DNA of 64,000 bases. Origin: Macrostomum lignano (lineage: Eukaryota). The stretch is from assembly GCA_002269645.1 (NCBI GenBank), contig NIVC01002092.1, positions 62,001-126,000 on the forward strand. The letters run 5' to 3'. The notes below the pieces were generated by a model. That model was not told the DNA's origin. It did no database searches and saw nothing but the letters and a program-made list of their open reading frames with translations. Positions 25,777 to 37,377 of the stretch are shown here, in pieces. Position numbers and translations under genes: made by a program. Each line of letters starts with the position of its first letter. Position 1 is the first letter of the stretch.

Positions 25777-26379
25777 AATGAACATCCCATATCAATACAA
25801 GCTCCCAAATCCCTAGTCTAGCTATTGATATTAACAAGAATCCCCAAACCAACTGACCCAAATTGAGCAGTTCAGTTCAACGCAAACCTCTAGCAGGTCA
25901 GCAGCACCCAATAAAATCCAATTCAAGCCATGGCAACTCCCCAGAGGCTTTCGGCTACTTGAAAAGGCAGAAATGCGCCCTCAACCAGAGAAGCGTGCAA
26001 TTTTCCGATAAAAAATGCAGCCAAATTCTCAACACACTTTATAGGTCAATCAAGGTCACTGTAAGCGGTGATCGTTTACCTATTAAATTATTTCTTAAGC
26101 GTATAATACCGTATATTGTAATATGCTGTTTAAAATCCGAACAATAGAGAAAGGAAATCAAATTTAATTCAAAATGGGTCGGGTTAATTAAAATTGAAAA
26201 ATGAAAAACATGCATAGCTTGATATTATTCAAATAGAAAGCACCAGACACCGCTAAGAATAAACTTTCAATTTGCTAGAAAGAAAAACTCGCTGAATCAC
26301 AAGAAACTTGAAACACATTAAAATAGCTGCATCTCGCTACTGCAAGTAGCGCAAATCGTGTAGTAGTATTACTGAACCG

Positions 26380-26385
26380 TTTATT
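26380..26385 (-). promoter_or_regulatory. Candidate poly(A) signal of the FAXDC2-like gene
   Basis: AATAAA on the minus strand ~73 nt past the stop codon. Confidence 0.45.
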
Positions 26386-26457
26386 ACAGTCCCGAAACCA
26401 ACTCGTAGCAACAGAAGTCTTTAAAAAAGTACATTCTGAACTCCCGTTGAACCGCGG

Positions 26458-26887
26458 TCACTTTGCCGCCTCCGCCTGCCGTCTTTTATCGCCGGCCTTC
26501 TCATCGTCGGGATGGAGCTCGCGCACCGGCACGAGGCTCAGCAGCAGGAAGTGCCGCTGGTAGGCTTTACTGGCCCTGAACAGCCGGTCGGTGCCGTGCA
26601 GGCTGTCCAGCACTCCAAGCACGCCGAAGTTGTTCACAAATTTCAGATGATGAAAGTCGTGCGCCTCGGGCGAGGGAAGCAGCGGGAAGTGGTAGCCGCA
26701 GTGGGCGATGGAGGTGGAGATCAGGGCCAGGCAGAACCACACCCACACCGTCCCCAGGTGCGAGCCCATGATCAGGGGTCCGACACACGGCGGCAGTAGG
26801 TTCGATAGGACGTGCTCGATCGGGTGCGCGTACAGGGATATTATCCCAATGGGAGCTGTCCACTCGTGATGGATCTTGTGAATGTGT
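26458..26887 (-). CDS. FAXDC2: Fatty acid hydroxylase domain-containing protein 2, exon 3 (last)
   Basis: CCAG acceptor, phase 2. Encodes HIHKIHHEWTAPIGIISLYAHPIEH...AHCGYHFP...EAHDFHHLKF...GVLGVLDSLHGTD, with the HxxHH His boxes of the sterol desaturase/FA hydroxylase family. Confidence 0.95.
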
Positions 26888-26939
26888 CTGGATAAGGCAA
26901 GGCGATGGATCTTTTGTTAACGAGATTTACTTTCCTACT

Positions 26940-27495
26940 GGGGATTCGGGAAGATCATTGAGTCTGGGGATTTGGGAAGGTCATTAAGGCTGGGGATTCG
27001 GGAAGAACATTGAGTCTGGGGATTCGGCCGGGAAGCTCATTGAGTCTGGGGATTTGGGAAGCTCATTGAGTCTGGGGATTCGGGAAGATCATTGAGTCTG
27101 AGGATTCGAGAAGATCATTGAGTCTGGGGATTTGGGAAGATCATTGAGTCTGGGGATTTGGGAAGATCATTGAGTCTGGGGATTAAAAGGTCATTGAGTC
27201 TGGGGATTCGGGAAGATCATTGAGTCTGAGGATTCGAGAAGATCATTGAGTCTGGGGATTTGGGAAGATCATTGAGTCTGGGGATTAAAAGGTCATTGAG
27301 TCTGGGGATTCGGGAAGATCATTGAGTCTGGGGATTTGGGAAGATCATTGAGTCTGAGGATTCGAGAAGATCATTGAGTCTGGGGATTTGGGAAGATCAT
27401 TGAGTCTGAGGATTCGAGAAGATCATTGAGTCTGGGGATTTGGGAAGATCATTGAGTCTGAGGATTCGAGAAGATCATTGGGACTGGGGATCTGG
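26940..27495. repeat. ~26-bp minisatellite filling FAXDC2 intron 2
   Basis: GGGAAGATCATTGAGTCTGGGGATTT and variants. Confidence 0.95.
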
Positions 27496-27597
27496 GAATT
27501 ATCATATAGAAAGTGATTCTGAAGATTCGGGAATATCAAGGATAGATGATGGATGAATCTGACCCACCCCAAGAAAAAAAGCATAAGCATTGCTCAC

Positions 27598-27854
27598 TTG
27601 TAGATGCTGGGGTGGTGCAGCAGCCGGTGGGAATAGTAGAAGAACACCTCTTCGGCCAGCACGCAGACGCCAATTTCAAGGATGACCCACTGCAGAGTGG
27701 GCAGCTCGCCGTGGAACACTCCGCCTCGCAGCCTGAAAGCCTGATAAGCCAGCAGGGAGAAGGGAATCCCAACAACAGTCTGGTTGAACAGCACCAGGGC
27801 GATGGCTTTGGCCAGCTGGCGCCTGTCCACTGGGGCGTTTTTGTCCGGCTGCAC
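27598..27854 (-). CDS. FAXDC2: FAXDC2-like exon 2
   Basis: TTAG|GTG acceptor (phase 0); VQPDKNAPVD...EEVFFYYSHRLLHHPSIYK; AA|GTGAGC donor. Confidence 0.95.
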
Positions 27855-27886
27855 CTAAGGGGGGTGGGCGCGATCACAATTAGACA

Positions 27887-28530
27887 CCTGGGTCAGAGAT
27901 CACTCTCTCGCAATCTCAGACAGAGAGTCACCTGGGTCAGAGATGACCCTCGCAATCTCAAGCATAGAGTCACCTGCTTCAGAGATCACTCGCGCAATCT
28001 CGGGCATAGAGTCACCTGGGTCAGAGATGACTCTGTCGCAATCTCAGACATAGTCACCTGGGTCAGAGATGACTCTCACTCGCAATCTCAGACATGGAGT
28101 CACCTGGATCAGAGTTCACTCTCGCAATCTCGGGCATAAAGTCACCTGGGTCAGAGATGACTCTGTCGAAATCTCAGACATAGTCACCTGGGTCAGAGAT
28201 GACTCTCGCAATCTCAGGCATAGAGTCACCTGGGTCAGAGATCACTCGCGCAATCTCGGGCATAGAGTCACCTGGGTCAGAGATGACTCTCTCGCAATCT
28301 CAGGCATAGAGTCACCTGGGTCAGAGATGACTCTCTCACAATCTCAGACAGAGAGTCACCTGGGTCAGAGATGACTCTCTCACAATCTCAGGCATAGAGT
28401 CACCTGGGTCAGAGATGACTCTCTCTCGCAATCTCAGGCATAGAGTCACCTGGGTCAGAGATGACTCTCTCACAATCTCAGACAGAGTCACCTGGATCAG
28501 AGATGACTCTCTCACAATCTCAGACAGAGT
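27887..28530. repeat. 42-46-bp minisatellite filling FAXDC2 intron 1
   Basis: CACCTGGGTCAGAGATGACTCTCTCGCAATCTCAGGCATAGAGT and variants. Confidence 0.95.
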
Positions 28531-28569
28531 CAGAGTCCCTCAGCTTGGTTACAAGACCCAAAGTCTTAC

Positions 28570-28881
28570 CTTGTACCGCATAAGAAACTCTGGCCAATTG
28601 AAAGTGTCGAGCAGGATGAGCAGCAGGTTAAAAGACCAATACACCGTCATGGTGATGACTATGGATCCCCAGAGGCTGGCGGAAGCATCAGTGCCGCCAA
28701 AGAAGCTGTAAGCAGTATCAAATGTGCTCTGCCAGAAATCACCAGAGGCGCCCCAGAAGCGCTGGGCAAGGTCTGTCACAGTGTTCCTGGCAGCAACAAA
28801 AGCCACTAGCGAGCTGCCAATGACAAAGGCAGCCCTGCGCAGCGAGTCAGTCCAATGCTCAGTAGCAATAGTCCGCATCAT
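28570..28881 (-). CDS. FAXDC2: FAXDC2-like exon 1 (spliced CDS 999 nt, 332 aa)
   Basis: ATG at 28881; RFWGASGDFWQ...VYWSFNLLLILLDTFNWPEFLMRYK; AAG|GTAAGA donor. Phases join cleanly across the three exons. Confidence 0.92.
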
Positions 28882-31510
28882 GAGTTGATCAGAGCACTGT
28901 GGAGTATTAACAATACCAAACAGAACTCATTGAAAAAATTATTTAATTTCCTATTATAAAATACATAAAGGTTAATATTTATATTTTATATAAATGTGCC
29001 CAAGAAACTTTATTCTTACCAATTAAGAAATCACAATAAGTATTTAAAATTTCAAATTAGTAACTTTGACTAATTCTAGAAAGATAAATAGAATAAATTA
29101 TGATTAAGAACTTATTCAATATTGGTAATAGGTCTATGCCTTAATATACAACTTTTGCTTAGATATTAAATAAATAAATGCATATTTAACTTTGTAGATA
29201 AATCTAATTTATTGATAGCAACTTATTAATAAATAGCATAAGAGATATATAAGCCACTTGTATTTTAAAATACAAAATTGGTAAATAGAATGAAAATATA
29301 AAAATTAAGAAGGCTAAAAGCCATTGCATTCTTATTACTCAAGATCAAAATTTCTGAAAAAGTTTTTATTTGCATTTGACTCAATGAAACAGTTGTTGAT
29401 GTAAAATTGAGGTAATGCATGTTAGAGCATTAGCTTTGAGGACTGAGATAGACCTAATAGTTATAAATAAAGATATTAGGCCTATACTAGTATAAATTAG
29501 ATTGAAGTATTGAAATAGTCAAAAAAGTATCTAAGCCTACTCGTAACTTGCAGCAGCGAGCGAATTTTTTAAAGGTCCATTCATGTTCTTTTCCAACCTT
29601 TTATAGTTTTATTTTAAGTCCAGGGGCTATTGACTCGTGTTGGCCTAAAATAGATTAGATAAGCTAATGCCCAGAGAAAAGTTTTGCACTCAATATGTAA
29701 ATGTAGGCCACACCCATTTATCATTCGATTTTGAAGCACCTTCAAATATAACTCAAGCGGGAAAAGAAACAAGCAATAAAAAACTTGCCAGAGCTGAAGT
29801 CTATTAATTGGTAAAAAATCAAAGAAAGTGACAAATAATACCACGGCCACGAAAAACTAAACTAGACATGCAAACACGTGACTAAAATCACATATTATTA
29901 AAATTTTTCTCGATCGTCTATAGGTAACCTATTTTTATAAAAAATTTCAATTAAGGTTTAAGCAATGAAGTATGTGAATTTGTTAAAAACTAATTTGTTA
30001 AAACTTGTGAAAGAATTAATCAGGTCAGTCGCTCGTAAAATTATGGCGATTAGTGGGTAGTGTAAGTGGGGCTACCACTGTACCTGTTTTTGCGTTTCAG
30101 ACTTTACCTTTTCCTAGGGCTGGCCCAATCTGACAACCTTGAGGTGTACCCTATGACGTGAATTTCGTTTTCCGGGTTTGGTCCCCATATTTCCCTGTGT
30201 TGGTGCTTTTTCCCTCGTCTGGCCCTCACCCTCCTTTCGATGGCTATTTTTGTCTTTTTCACGTAATCCTGCTGCTATTTTTGTTTTTTTTTATACGCGG
30301 AGCCAAGTTGCCTATCTTCTGTACTTTACCAAATCCACTGCATAAACCCACTTAATTTGTTCCTTCGGATGAACTATCCGCCCTTTCGCGTGATACGTGA
30401 CTGAATTTACATGTATATATAACGCCTGCCGTATATAGGACTCGACTCGACTCCCTTCGCCCCCGAGTTCTCCACTTTTCTTGCGCTTCACAACTAAATT
30501 TCTCTTCAATTTGTTCTAGTACACCTTTTCACGTTCAATTTGATCAAAGACAAAGTCCAGTTCTAAAAAAAACTAGCGGAAATTCAATTGAAAAATTCAG
30601 ACTGAAGACAATTTTTCTATGGCTATACCCATGGAGGAAAGAATAGAATGGAGTGCTAATCTGAGCCAGTTATTTTTATCTCGCTCGATATAACTTTTAA
30701 CATCCCTTTCCCCCGTTCTTTCCTATTGGCTCGTGACTGCCATAGACAAATTAAGTATTTTTCGTCTCGTTTTCGTTTTCGTTCCCCTCTGAAAGGTCTG
30801 TCCCAGCCACAGATACTATAAACACTAGATAGGCCACTCCAGCTAATTTTCACAACACGACAGTTTACTCTACTTTCTGCTTAGTAGTAGTAAAAACATT
30901 TTAGCGTTATTTATATTTTTTTAAAATAAAAAAACAGATGAATGCAATGCAGCAATTGTATTGATTTTTTGCAAAAAGAAACTTATAATTATACTTTCCA
31001 CAATTCAAAGCAACATTGTGAATGCTTTAGATTGCATAGAAGGCTATATTATTGCAGTCTACTATTGTATATTTAGCAAATACGAGCTATATCATATACT
31101 CCATAATCCATATTCGTGAAGCAAAATAGAAAGATTTCTCATCTTAATCAGCTCATCTGTTTGTGAAACTCGCAGCGTGCTGTCGAAGAACAGGGTCGCC
31201 AGTCGCCCTTGTTCAGAGGCAGCATTCAGAACGGCCCAACAGATGAAAAAAACTGGCGAATGCGCCACTTCAAGGTCCAGGGATGTATCCGATGGAGCCA
31301 ATCCTCAGTGGTTTCGTAACAGGCAGCCGATAAGCAGCAGGACTTTTGTGGTGCAGCTGCAATGAGCTGCTGATGAGATGACATCCTTTGACCAGAGCAC
31401 CCCTGACTGCGAGCGCCCTGCCGCCCAGTCGACCGCTGGAAGCTGCGCTAGCCACGCCTCCACAGTCCATGGATGCACGACTGCGCTGCACTTGCCTTGA
31501 CCATCGAGAG

Positions 31511-31773
31511 TTGCCGCTGCAGCCGCTTGATTTGCCTGTCGCTTTCGGGATTGCCGCTGCAGCCGCTTGATTTGCCTGTCGCTTTCGGGATTGCCGCTGC
31601 AGCCGCTTGATTTGCCTGTCGCTTTCGGGATTGCCGCTGCAGCCGCTTGATTTGCCTGTCGCTTTCGGGATTGCCGCTGCAGCCGCTTGATTCGCCTGTC
31701 ACTTTCGGGATTGCCGCTGCAGCCGCTTGATTCGCCTGTCACTTTCGGGATCGTTGCTGCAGCCGCTTGATCT
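31511..31773. repeat. 40-bp tandem repeat in P-like copy 2
   Basis: Reverse complement of 8091-8353. Confidence 0.95.
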
Positions 31774-32038
31774 TTGCCTCTAGCGCTTGGAACCCGCGAA
31801 TCGGCTGCAGAGGTGAGAGCTTTCAGCCGCAACAGCTGTTCTCGGCGCAGAATCTGGTAGCCGAAGGTTGCTCTGCCACAGCACTGGCAGCAGGCAAGTC
31901 GCAGGCTCGGCTGCAGATAGATTGCTAATTGGCCCCAGCACTGGAGGGTACATGTCGTCTGCCTCTTCATCGTTTATCAGTCCTTTGCACAGAGGGTAGC
32001 TGGTCTATTTGAACGAGCCGAGGCAGCATCAACTCTTG

Positions 32039-32314
32039 GTGTGGGATTGCGTCCCAGCGAAAACAGATGTCTTGCACATCCGTGGCACTTTGTAAGGCAG
32101 CAGTAGGCCTCGTCCATAAAGTGCAAGCTGAACACACGGAGGCCCCGTGATTTAATTGTTTATAAAGATCAATATCCACGCTCCTGTAGTAGCTGCTGCC
32201 AGCGCTTCGCCAGTGTCATCTTTTGGTAATTTATGCATTCGCAACGGATTTTTCTTTCTCGGATGTTAATAGCACTAGTACAAAGCTCGTGCAAGTGGGA
32301 GCACAGCAGTGGTT
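32039..32314 (-). pseudogene. Frameshifted THAP domain relic, copy 2
   Basis: Mirror of 7550-7825 with the same lesions. Confidence 0.8.
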
Positions 32315-35010
32315 CGAATCAAAACATTTCTCGAGTACAAGATTAGATAGAAAAGCTAGTATGCACTCGAACTTTCTTTAACTCTGACTCTTGTCCTGTT
32401 CATCTATATAAGCTTGTATTTAAGCACGATTCGCCACCCCCAAATTTTCTAACCCACAACCTCTCAACCCCACCCCACCCCTAACCCAGGCTAGCTATGT
32501 GCAGTCCTTTATTTTCTATCCCACCACCAGTAGGCCTAAATTATCGATCCACTCACCCTGCCTTATACGAAACTGATATTAACCCTATTCCAGACTACCC
32601 CCCTTCCTCCACTTTGAAAGATAGCGGCATTGCACACTGTCTGTCGCGTCTTAATGTACACCATTACTGCACAAAACAAGTTAGTTGTTTATGGCGTTAG
32701 CAAAACGATGTCTTAAAAACAGTCACTCGATTTGTCTAATTTAGCAAATAATACTGTTGCTTCCTTTCATTGCTACTAAGCAGAAAGTAGAATAAAAAAC
32801 TTGCCCAGAAAATTAGCCTGAGTGGCCTATCTAGTGTTTATAGTATCTGTGGTCCCAGCATAGTATGAGCTTGCATCAAAATATGCTTTCAGCCAATAGG
32901 AAGGAACGGGGGGAAAGGGATGTTAAAAGCGAAAATCGAGCGAGATAAAAATAAGTGGCTCAGATTAGCACTCCATTCTATTCTTTCCTCCTTGGCTAAA
33001 CCTTGCTTCGGTGGCAGAATGTTTTGAACTGGGCCCTGGGGTTTGTTTTTATTGATTTTCCGTAAGCGTTGCCCCAGTCTGAATTGTCTGAATTGAATCT
33101 CCGCTAGTGTTTAGAACTGGAATTTGATCAAAATTGAACGTGAAAAGGTGTAATACTTCTTTAGCTCGCGTTGCATTGCGCGACTGACGTTCTTCACCAC
33201 AAAGCAATTGCCAGACAGAAAAACTAGCTATCGTTCTTCTTGGCTAGAAGCAAGTTATTAATGACTAGTCTATGGCTATAGTTGACAAGGCTCCATGAAA
33301 TGGCCTAATCAGTTCAAGTCTGATCAGGTATTTTTGGCTTTTACTGGTAAATTCAGGGTTTTATAGCGAGTTCATCTTAATCATAGCTCTTAGCGTTTGC
33401 ACTTCAAAAAGGGCACCTTTAGTTTAAGCTCGCAGTTAGCACTGTGCTTATTTGATGAACTGAACTGAGACTGAAATATGTCTATGGCCAATAGATGTAG
33501 TAATAAGGAATAAAATATGGTGCATTAGAAACATTTTTTCAGCTCTATAACTAAAGTCAAAAACATTTAATTTTAGGACAGCCGAAGTAATTAGCTACTA
33601 TGGTTACTTGCGTTAACTAATTTGTACTCCTTCTATTTTCCTCACAAACATTTCCCCGCTTTGTAAGCCGTTCCCACTGTACACTATACATGTAAATGCA
33701 CGTACTATGAGTCCAGGAATAGCTCGTATTATATTTCTAAATTTCTCCGGCCGTTTCTCGGAAAATTATATGAAAGAAGTACGTACGAGCTACTATATAC
33801 CTACGAGTATGCCATGGTAGCAACTTTTCTTTTCATCCATTCAGAGAAATTTCACAGTACTGTACAGCTTGTGCCTGTGTCAATATAGATGGGTCCTAGC
33901 AGTCAATATACACTTAGGCAGCTTTTTCTTGTGATGTGTCAGCATAAAGTGTTAAACTCAATCAGACGATAATTTTTCTATATTATAGCCACTTTAAATC
34001 TCCTGATCGTCACGCAGTGCCGCAGTGCCGCAGCGAAGTGCGTTGGTTTCTCATCATAAAAAGTTTCAAGATTTATTGACATTTTTGAGTGTCTGAGTAA
34101 AGCAAAAAATATATGCATATAAAGGAGTTGCATTCGCAGAAAGAAAAGTCTTTCTATTATATTGATTATCGCCGTCAATTAAATCAAGTGCGCGAACGCT
34201 TTAAAACAAAATAACATGTACAATTCTAAATTATTGTATTAATTATGCTTGCTATATTGCGAGGGGCCACTATTATTTAATTATAGATAAGCAAGAATTA
34301 TAGATTATTGAAGGGGCTACGAGTTATGAATTCAAAGCTTTGACCACTTACAGGCAGGCCTACATGAACATGTACTTGAACATGTACTTCCTGGATCTCT
34401 AGCCATTAATTACATACGGAGATACACCAGCGAGTCTGGGCAGTAAACAGATCAACATTGAGTATGAACGCTTTGAGAGCAAAATGGGGATTTTTATAAC
34501 ACCAAATTGAAGGAGTCGCGGGTCAGGCCATTTCTTAGAAAAATTGTGCAGTCCTGATGCGGAAGTCCAGACGCTTTGCCTTTGAGCTGCTCTCAGAAAT
34601 GACCAGCCGTGACACAGAAATAGAATTAGGATCAACATTTGGGAATCCTTTTAAAATACCATCCATTGCAAATCGGCCATCAAAATTGTCTCACAGATTT
34701 CGGAATGTCTACGTGATTTTTAAGTAGCTTCTCAAAGATTAAGTAAAATCCTACTTAACTCTTATAACTCCCAGCTCAGGTGAACAGAAAGTTAGAGCCG
34801 CTGTGCACCCTGTGTGAGCGTGTGTACAGTATCGGAGCACTTTATATGCTTAGAACTGCTTCATTCCGAAGTCGTTGCCTCGGGGTGCCTGCAGCCCTCC
34901 TGTGGAATTCATTTTATTAGCATCTCACCCTCACAGCTAAAGCGCCTGAGCAAGTGCTCACACTGTATTCACACGGCCCACTACTGCATCAGCTAAACCG
35001 ACAGTAAAGT

Positions 35011-35958
35011 TCAGAAGAAGCTGGTTTCCTCTCCGGCTCCAAGCTCTGGATAGTGGCAGTAATACTGCAGCGCCCTCTGCTGCTGCTGCTGCTGCTGCTG
35101 CTGTTGTTGCTCCCGCCCGTTCGGCCCCGCAGCCTCCAACGGCAGAGACTGCAGCGAGGCCCTGGCGGAGGCCTGCGACTCTTCCAGCAGCTGGCCGTAG
35201 AAGCCGCGCCGAATCCAGATCTCCGCCTCTGGCGTCTCCCGCTGCGTCGCCGCCTCCCGGTCCGGCAGTCCGCGGGCCCGGTTCCGCCGGTGCGGCAGCG
35301 ACATCGAGACGGTGCCGGCCGCCGTTTCAGCCGAGACGCTGGTGGCTGACACAGAGGCGTCGCCTCCGGCAGCCGCCATCGAGGAGGGGACGCAGTCTTC
35401 TTTGAATGCTTCTTGACAGTCCGCCGCTGCCGCCGCCGCTTCAGACGTCGAAGTGAAGTCGCGACTTGGCGATGTCACCGAATGCCGCTCGGCGCCGCCT
35501 GACGTGCCGCCGCCGCCGCCGCCGCCGCTGAGCCCGCTGTCGCCGCTAGGAAGGCTGCGCAGAGGGCGATAGAAAAACGCGGTTGGATCTGGACTGCGGC
35601 GCTGCTGCTGCTGCTGTTGATGATGATGATGATGATGGTTGTGATGCTGATGCGGGTGAGGCTGTTGGTTTTGCTGCTGCTGCTGCATGTACTGCGGATG
35701 GTACTGAAGCTGCTGCTGATTGTGCGGCGGCGGCTTCGGCGCGTACTCTCGCGTAGTTGGCGGCGTCAAGAAATCCGGCGGCGACACGGGCGGAGGCGGT
35801 GGCGGCGGCAGCGGCGACACCGATGTCATCATCAGCAGGGGCGGTGGCGGCGGCGGCGGTGGCAGGGAGACGACCAGCTCTGGGGTGCAGAGGTCGTGCT
35901 CAACATCGGTTCCGACATTGCGCACGGAGTGGCACATGGGCCTGCCAGCCTGCACGCA
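35011..35958 (-). CDS. Neuregulin-like gene, terminal exon (low-complexity cytoplasmic tail); acceptor at 35958 or 35949
   Basis: Long GC-rich ORF with poly-P/Q/H/G/A ending ...GEETSFF*. In-frame phase-0 CAG acceptors. AATAAA on the minus strand at 34913-34918. Confidence 0.75.
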   Translation of the reverse strand, partial: CVQAGRPMCHSVRNVGTDVEHDLCTPELVVSLPPPPPPPPLLMMTSVSPLPPPPPPPVSPPDFLTPPTTREYAPKPPPHNQQQLQYHPQYMQQQQQNQQPHPHQHHNHHHHHHQQQQQQRRSPDPTAFFYRPLRSLPSGDSGLSGGGGGGGTSGGAERHSVTSPSRDFTSTSEAAAAAADCQEAFKEDCVPSSMAAAGGDASVSATSVSAETAAGTVSMSLPHRRNRARGLPDREAATQRETPEAEIWIRRGFYGQLLEESQASARASLQSLPLEAAGPNGREQQQQQQQQQQQRALQYYCHYPELGAGEETSFF

Positions 35959-36051
35959 CTGGTTGGCGGTGAGGAGGCGATGCAGAGTATTGTTAGTAGT
36001 ATGAAGTGAGCATTCGCACTGTCCGCTCTGTGACAGCACTGTGAGCACTCT

Positions 36052-36421
36052 TTCTAATTAGCGGCAGGTGAGCTGATTGCACCCTGGCGCACTTTAGGCG
36101 ACATTGTCACACAACCGGCGAGAGACTCTGCCAATTCCGCAGACTCCCCTGAGCAGGCACACAAGCGCGCGGATACGTACGCAGTCATACGTACAGGCAC
36201 ACACTCACACAGGAGTGCACAGTGGCCCTAACTTTATCTATCGTTAGGCATGTACACTTCACTGCTCCTTGGGGAGTTGGCCTTTAAGGCTGTTAATTGC
36301 ACGATCAGAGCCAAGCCGAGATTCCAGTTGAGCCCCAAATTAATGCGACTGCACTGGGAATCGAGCCTGGGCCGCTGGCACATCAAAGCGCCGCACTATA
36401 CCTCCGGGCTACGCTCCCCCA
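36052..36421 (-). mobile_element. tRNA-derived SINE
   Basis: Minus-strand head with A-box-like TAGCCCGGAGG and B-box-like GGCTCGATTCC. Near-full-length homologue at 59395-59764. Confidence 0.8.
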
Positions 36422-36556
36422 CTGTGAGCATTCACTTTGAAGCGAAAAATTAAGATTTTGTTAACTTTTTTTTGCATTAATTCAAGTAGTATCAATCTGA
36501 AATAGTGTGTTCATTCTTTGTTCAACGATAATTAGTCTAAATTGCTGGGCCCTCAC

Positions 36557-36617
36557 CTTGCACCGTTCGTTCTCCCGCTTGGCCTGCTGCCAATAGTCAA
36601 AGTCACGTCTTCGCTGC
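36557..36617 (-). CDS. Neuregulin-like juxtamembrane exon
   Basis: CTGCAG|G acceptor (phase 2), QRRRDFDYWQQAKRENERCK, AAG|GTGAGG donor. Confidence 0.8.
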
Positions 36618-36656
36618 CTGCAGAATCAAAGACCGGAAAATATTGAGCTGTTTAAC

Positions 36657-36866
36657 AATCGCTTGATTCCCAATAGCTTGCTTCCCAATAGCATGATTCC
36701 TAATAGCTTGATTCCTAATAGCTTGATACCTAATAGCTTGATTCCCAATCGCTTGATTCCTAATACCTTGATTCCTAATAGCTTGATTCCCAATATCTTG
36801 ATTCCCAATCGCTTGATTCCTAATAGCTTGATTCCCAGTCGCTGGATTCCCAATTGCTTGATTCCA
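36657..36866. repeat. 15-bp minisatellite (GCTTGATTCCTAATA)
   Basis: Direct reading. Confidence 0.93.
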
Positions 36867-37377
36867 GCGTCCCAAACTGCTTGTCCCCGTGTTGGGAGTC
36901 CCTCAGATCCCACAGATCCGTGTCCCTGCTTCAGCAGCGCTATTGGAAATTCCCCCTCACCCTGATCTGCCTCATTTCCCCAAATGTGTTGCAGAAAGAC
37001 TGACGGCTTTTGCTCCAGGTGCTTTCGTCACTGCCTGCTGTCTATCAAAGGCGAGTCACGCGAGTCAGGCATGAGAAGGGGGGCCTCAGCCACTGTGACA
37101 GGAGGCGTGGATGCTGCTAGGGATGATGCTGAGGCTGTTGCGCTGCTGATGTAGCTTAGAAGCTGAGCGTGCCAGAGAAGCTTTTTGGGGATTAATGATG
37201 GCATCAGAATGGATAAGTGTTGGCTGGGTGCAGTCACCTAGATCTGCGGCAGAGCTCCGGGACAGAGATAAGTCACAATGCTTGGGGGAGTTTCGTTGTC
37301 AGCGAAATTTGACGCACGCACTTTTCTATTTTAACAAGACAATTAACTGCAGTTTAGGCTCGATTTCCGAGTGCAAG

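Larger units (their letters stand above)
30808..32851 (-). mobile_element. Non-autonomous P-superfamily element, copy 2 (2044 bp), inverted relative to copy 1
   Basis: Reverse complement of 7012-9056 (coordinate sums 39863/39864; one G-run indel). Own 8-bp TSD GTCCCAGC at 30800-30807 and 32852-32859. Confidence 0.9.
30522..33150. mobile_element. ~580-bp foldback MITE with TA TSD (Tc1/mariner- or CMC-like), interrupted centrally by P-like copy 2
   Basis: TA|CACCTTTTCACGTTCAATT... at 30520 mirrors ...AATTGAACGTGAAAAGGTG|TA at 33152. A second inverted arm pairs ~30633-30731 with ~32891-32991. Confidence 0.8.

Noticed and set aside
7012-32851. Composite transposon carrying FAXDC2 between the two P copies
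   Set aside because: Each copy has its own matched TSD, and the outermost ends are two copies of the same end, so these are independent insertions.
30061-33210. Solo LTR (TGTAAG start, TATA-like run at ~30415, ...CACCACA end beyond the MITE)
   Set aside because: No matching 4-6-bp TSD, no PBS/PPT, and no second copy in the window.
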